Positions 45,576 through 49,266 of a DNA stretch of 49,266 bases are shown piece by piece. Origin of the DNA: a bacterium (GTDB lineage: Bacteria; SZUA-182; DTGQ01); the NCBI GenBank assembly GCA_040752695.1, contig JBFMGO010000005.1, forward strand, positions 53,783 through 103,048. Direction: 5' to 3'. Position numbers and translations under genes: made by a program. The notes beneath the pieces are model-generated. The model was not told the origin of the DNA. It saw only the letters and a list, made by a program, of their open reading frames with translations, and did not search any database. Numbering within the stretch: the first letter of the stretch is position 1; the number at the start of each line of letters is the position of its first letter.

Positions 45576-46787
45576 TCAGGGAGCTCCAAGGAGCTCCAGC
45601 GCGCTGGCCAGAACCTCTTCCGGGTTAATGGACTTCAGGCATACATTGTCACCGTCGCAGGGAGAATTACGGTGGTTATACGCTGTCAGACAGGGAGAGC
45701 AGGACAGGGAACAGTAAAAAACACGGGCCTTCGCACTCAAGGGTCCATAAAGGGCCGGTGTTTCCGGCCCATAAAAGAGGATTGTCTTTATGGGTGTCAT
45801 GGCAGCAAAATGGCCGGGGCCTCCATCGTTGGTAATTAACAGCACGGCCAAGTGAAAAATCATCATGAGTTCCCTGATCGACTTCGTATACCCGGTGAGA
45901 TCTATGCAAGAGGAGTCCTGGCAATGAAGTAAAATCTTCCGGGCGAGTTCTTTATCACTTTTCATACCGATTATGCCGACGGCGTATCCTTTTTGTATCA
46001 AACTGGCCGAGAGCTCACAAAAAAAACCGGGGGGCCAGGCCCGAATCGGCAAAAGACCGCCACTCGGATACAGCAAGACCAGTTTTTTCCTCTCTGTGGC
46101 AGGGAAATCACCATAAAACCGTTTTTTCATGTCGCGGATTTCACTTTCACTGATCCGCGCCCGGGGAACGATCTTTTCTCTGTCTTCAGGGAGAAACTTA
46201 TTTTTGGGAACGGCATTTGAATCAATTGCCTCGGCAAGGGTAACGAACTGCTCTGAGATATGGTGATATGGATTATAAAGAACCGGTCGATTGATAAAGT
46301 CTCCCCGATACAATCCTTCCATGGTATGACGATGGAATCCGACGCGGGTGGCGGCGCCGGTGAAAAACGATAAGACACTGCTGATTCTGGCAAATAATTC
46401 ACAATCGATGACAATGTCGAATTTCATCCTCCGCATCTTCCTCATGACGCTCAGACTATCCTGTATAAATTTCACCATGGAGGCATCATCGATGGTGAGG
46501 ATATTCTCCCTGGGCACGACTTCGAGGAGTTCCAGTATTTCCCTGTTTTTTTCGAACAGAAGAACATGTATTGCAGCATCGGGAAACTTCTCCTTGATCC
46601 GCTGAAACATAGGGTGAGCGAGAACAAGGCTTCCCATTTCAGACAAAAGGATGATGAGTATGCGGCCCGCTTTGGTCCCGATGGCCTTGAAACCTGGCTT
46701 TTCCTTCTTCCGATAACAGCATGAAAGGATGTGACATATGAAAACGCCGAGTATCCGATCAACCCGACGCTGTGTATTGACATTCAT
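45576..46787 (-). CDS. Glycosyltransferase family 9 (heptosyltransferase-like)
   Basis: LSEMGSLVL..P, DLTG.T, ITNDGGP.HFA, FYGP, CSPC...C..C. Confidence 0.88.
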   Translation of the reverse strand: MNVNTQRRVDRILGVFICHILSCCYRKKEKPGFKAIGTKAGRILIILLSEMGSLVLAHPMFQRIKEKFPDAAIHVLLFEKNREILELLEVVPRENILTIDDASMVKFIQDSLSVMRKMRRMKFDIVIDCELFARISSVLSFFTGAATRVGFHRHTMEGLYRGDFINRPVLYNPYHHISEQFVTLAEAIDSNAVPKNKFLPEDREKIVPRARISESEIRDMKKRFYGDFPATERKKLVLLYPSGGLLPIRAWPPGFFCELSASLIQKGYAVGIIGMKSDKELARKILLHCQDSSCIDLTGYTKSIRELMMIFHLAVLLITNDGGPGHFAAMTPIKTILFYGPETPALYGPLSAKARVFYCSLSCSPCLTAYNHRNSPCDGDNVCLKSINPEEVLASALELLGAP

Positions 46788-47279
46788 AAGCTATTGTTGT
46801 TTTATCTCTTGTTTCAGTTTTGAAAAATCTCGTTATCTGGTAAGTACTCGTAAAGAATACTCATTCCATTATCAGGGGCATTTTCTAGACATATCACGCC
46901 TATTACCCGCTTTAAGGATCCAAATGGATTGTCGCTCTTTTCGTCGATGAAGCCATGATAATCGCCTCCAGCCTTTATACCTTATACCATCATTAACAGC
47001 GGAATTAACTTTATAACGCTAAAATGCCAAGACGTCAAGTACCTGTCCCTCACTTACCAGGTTTACCAGGTTTATCAGGGGTCAGAAGCAGCATATACAT
47101 CGTATACTGTGTGTAACAGAGCATACTGGCCAGGGAAAGCATTTTTTTGCATTATACATCTTCCTTAGAAGCCGGGCCTGTCATCTCCTCCCGATTGTTT
47201 TCTTATTTCCTGACGAAGAGCAGTATGAAGTTTCTCTATCCTCACATCTTATCGCCAGCAGCAGAGGAAGGAAACCGGT

Positions 47280-48683
47280 TTGAATGCGAAGAAAATCTTA
47301 AATATCGTGTTATTGGTATATATTCTGCTTACCATGGGGATTCTTGCCACTGTAATGCTCATCTGGATCAAGCCTGCCTCCTTCCTCTCCCTTTTTTATC
47401 TGGGACCGGGGACGAACCGGATCTCTCTTGTGGTCTCGGCCTTCTTAACCTGGATACTCGCCGGTGTTTTAATTCTGATGGCCTTTTGGCAGAAAATTAC
47501 CCGCGAAAATGTCGTTATAGTGGCCGGCGCAGCCGCGATCTCCATGCTATACCTGGCCATTCTGAGGGAGCATGTTTTCTTCGGCGACTATTTTGACTAC
47601 ATCAAGGCGGCCATAAATATCTTAAATAAACAGCCATTTCACGCACGCTATGTATATCCTCCGCTCTGGGCCTCTTTTCTGGCGCATGTATACCGATTCA
47701 CTGGACGAGCGGGTGCAGCGGTATTTGCCTGCTTTGTTATCAATCATCTTTCGATAGTGGCCTTTTTCATTCTCGCTTCCTTGTTCTTGAATAAATGTGG
47801 CTTATCGTTGAATTTATCCTGTATCTTACTCTTTCTGTCGCTTGCAATCAATGTTCCTGTTTTGCGAAACATGGTCTACGTTCAAGTAAATCTCCTCATG
47901 GCAGATCTCATACTGGCGAGCGTCCTCCTGATTTCGAAATCTGAAATCCTTTCAGCCTTATCGCTCGCTTTGGGAGCTCATGTAAAAGTTGTTCCTGTTT
48001 TATTTCTTCCACTCTTTCTCCGGTTACGAAAATGGAAATGGCTCTTCTTCTTTCTTTCTCTGGGATTGTCGCTCGCCCTTCTTACTATTTTAACTGACGG
48101 AGCATCTTACTATGGAGATTTCTACCGGAACCTGAAACACTGGAACCCCTCAGCCTTCAGGTCATGCACAGTCTATAGCTTCCTGCAAAATACAAGGAGC
48201 CTTTTCAGGATAGACCTGCCGGTAAAAGCTATTTCATCCCTCGTAAAACTGGTCCTGGCCTTCTGGGTATATTTTTTGGCATACCTGTCAATCCAGAAGG
48301 AAATTTTCGTACAGTCCGACTCTCCGCTCCTCTCTCATCTCATCAACGGCACCGTTCCCCTTTTGTTCCTGATGATAGTACTGTCTCCTACCGTCTGGGT
48401 TTATCACCTCGTTATCCTGATTATTCCAACTATTCTCATCTTCGTGCGGCTTGGCAGCCCGATCGAAGTATCGTTCTTCGTTTTCGGATACTTCTTCACC
48501 TTCCTGATGCCAGCCTTTGACTTATACCCATGGTCATATCTGCGGCTTGCTGGCTGGATGATCCTCCTTGGATTAATGACTCATATCATTGTTCATGAAA
48601 AATCCCCAACCTGGCTGCCGGCAGTGGATGAAATTGTCAATTCCTCAATCAGGAGCTTTTTTCAGCACCTTGACAGGTGTTAG
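47280..48683 (+). CDS. GT-C membrane glycosyltransferase (GT87/DUF2029-like)
   Basis: DYF.Y, YVYPPLWA, QVN, K..P, SP.VW.YH; polytopic. Confidence 0.75.
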   Translation: MNAKKILNIVLLVYILLTMGILATVMLIWIKPASFLSLFYLGPGTNRISLVVSAFLTWILAGVLILMAFWQKITRENVVIVAGAAAISMLYLAILREHVFFGDYFDYIKAAINILNKQPFHARYVYPPLWASFLAHVYRFTGRAGAAVFACFVINHLSIVAFFILASLFLNKCGLSLNLSCILLFLSLAINVPVLRNMVYVQVNLLMADLILASVLLISKSEILSALSLALGAHVKVVPVLFLPLFLRLRKWKWLFFFLSLGLSLALLTILTDGASYYGDFYRNLKHWNPSAFRSCTVYSFLQNTRSLFRIDLPVKAISSLVKLVLAFWVYFLAYLSIQKEIFVQSDSPLLSHLINGTVPLLFLMIVLSPTVWVYHLVILIIPTILIFVRLGSPIEVSFFVFGYFFTFLMPAFDLYPWSYLRLAGWMILLGLMTHIIVHEKSPTWLPAVDEIVNSSIRSFFQHLDRC

Positions 48684-49027
48684 ATAGAGCGCGGGGTTCC
48701 TGTGATGCTGATTAGAGAGAAGATGATAGGTGATCTTCGGGAAAATGGCAGATAGTTTTCCTGCATGCTGAAAAACTTGCATACCGGGTAAATAAGATTC
48801 TCTGAACATTCCGATCATTAATATGTTACATGAATGCTGGTTGCCAATATTGAGCAGATTTATTGGGAGTTGATTGAAGGTCTATTGTGAGGGCTGAAGG
48901 TTGATGCCTTAAAAAAAATCAATATCCGCCAAAGCTGCTCAATGTTGAGTATTAAATGATATCATGTACCATTTTTATTATTCACTTATAAGTGAATAAT
49001 AAAAATGGTACTGTAAGGAGAAGGAAA

Positions 49028-49222
49028 ATGGCAGTATCAGCATCTGACATCGAAAAAAGCATTAGCGGGATACATTTCCCTGCTAGTAAGCAAGATTTAA
49101 TTCATACGGCTCAGGAACACCATGCACAACAGGATGTAATAACCACCTTGCAGCACTTTCCTGATCGCCAGTACAATACCGCAGTAGACGTAAGTAAAGC
49201 CTTTGGCGAGATAAAGAAATAG
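49028..49222 (+). CDS. DUF2795 family small protein
   Basis: GI.FPASK.DLI..A...A...VI..L..FPD..Y....DV; RBS AAGGAG. Confidence 0.85.
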   Translation: MAVSASDIEKSISGIHFPASKQDLIHTAQEHHAQQDVITTLQHFPDRQYNTAVDVSKAFGEIKK

Positions 49223-49224
49223 CT

Positions 49225-49266
49225 AAAAGCTCGCTTGGCTTTACGCGGTCTGACCGGGGGGCTTTT
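49225..49266 (+). terminator. Putative terminator after the DUF2795 gene (at window edge)
   Basis: AAAAGCTC...GGGCTTTT imperfect inverted repeat. Confidence 0.35.

Overview
Chromosomal segment of a Gram-negative, probably anaerobic bacterium. A deltaproteobacterial or Nitrospirota-like lineage is an inference from the TPR-lolB-like-ispE-spoVG-tRNA-Gln-prs-rplY-pth gene order, sigma54 promoters, multiheme cytochromes and a Na+-type membrane pyrophosphatase. Housekeeping content: gspE/gspF, ahcY, fxsA, bshA, a heterodimeric ABC exporter, hppA, a CNNM/CorC protein, ogt-dtd-MBL-xerD and three glycosyltransferases. No CRISPR array, rRNA, intact transposase or prophage was seen. The best candidate for an undescribed system is a four-gene operon at 34579-42008 (-) with a possible sigma54 promoter. 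It encodes a 1262-aa protein (~950-aa polytopic membrane region fused to an 11-heme NapC/NirT-like cytochrome c), a DASS/SLC13 transporter, a universal stress protein and an FG-GAP-like lipoprotein. Other unusual features: two secreted proteins with nearly uncharged Gly/Tyr/Ser low-complexity regions, plus a decayed paralog fragment; a cNMP-AAA+(sigma54-type, degenerate)-membrane Fe-S fusion; an intact PIN toxin whose antitoxin is frameshifted; a 134-bp MITE-like element; and many short degenerate tandem duplications, several of which copy start or stop codon regions or sit in-frame in protein linkers. All calls come from reading motifs by eye; no database search was run.
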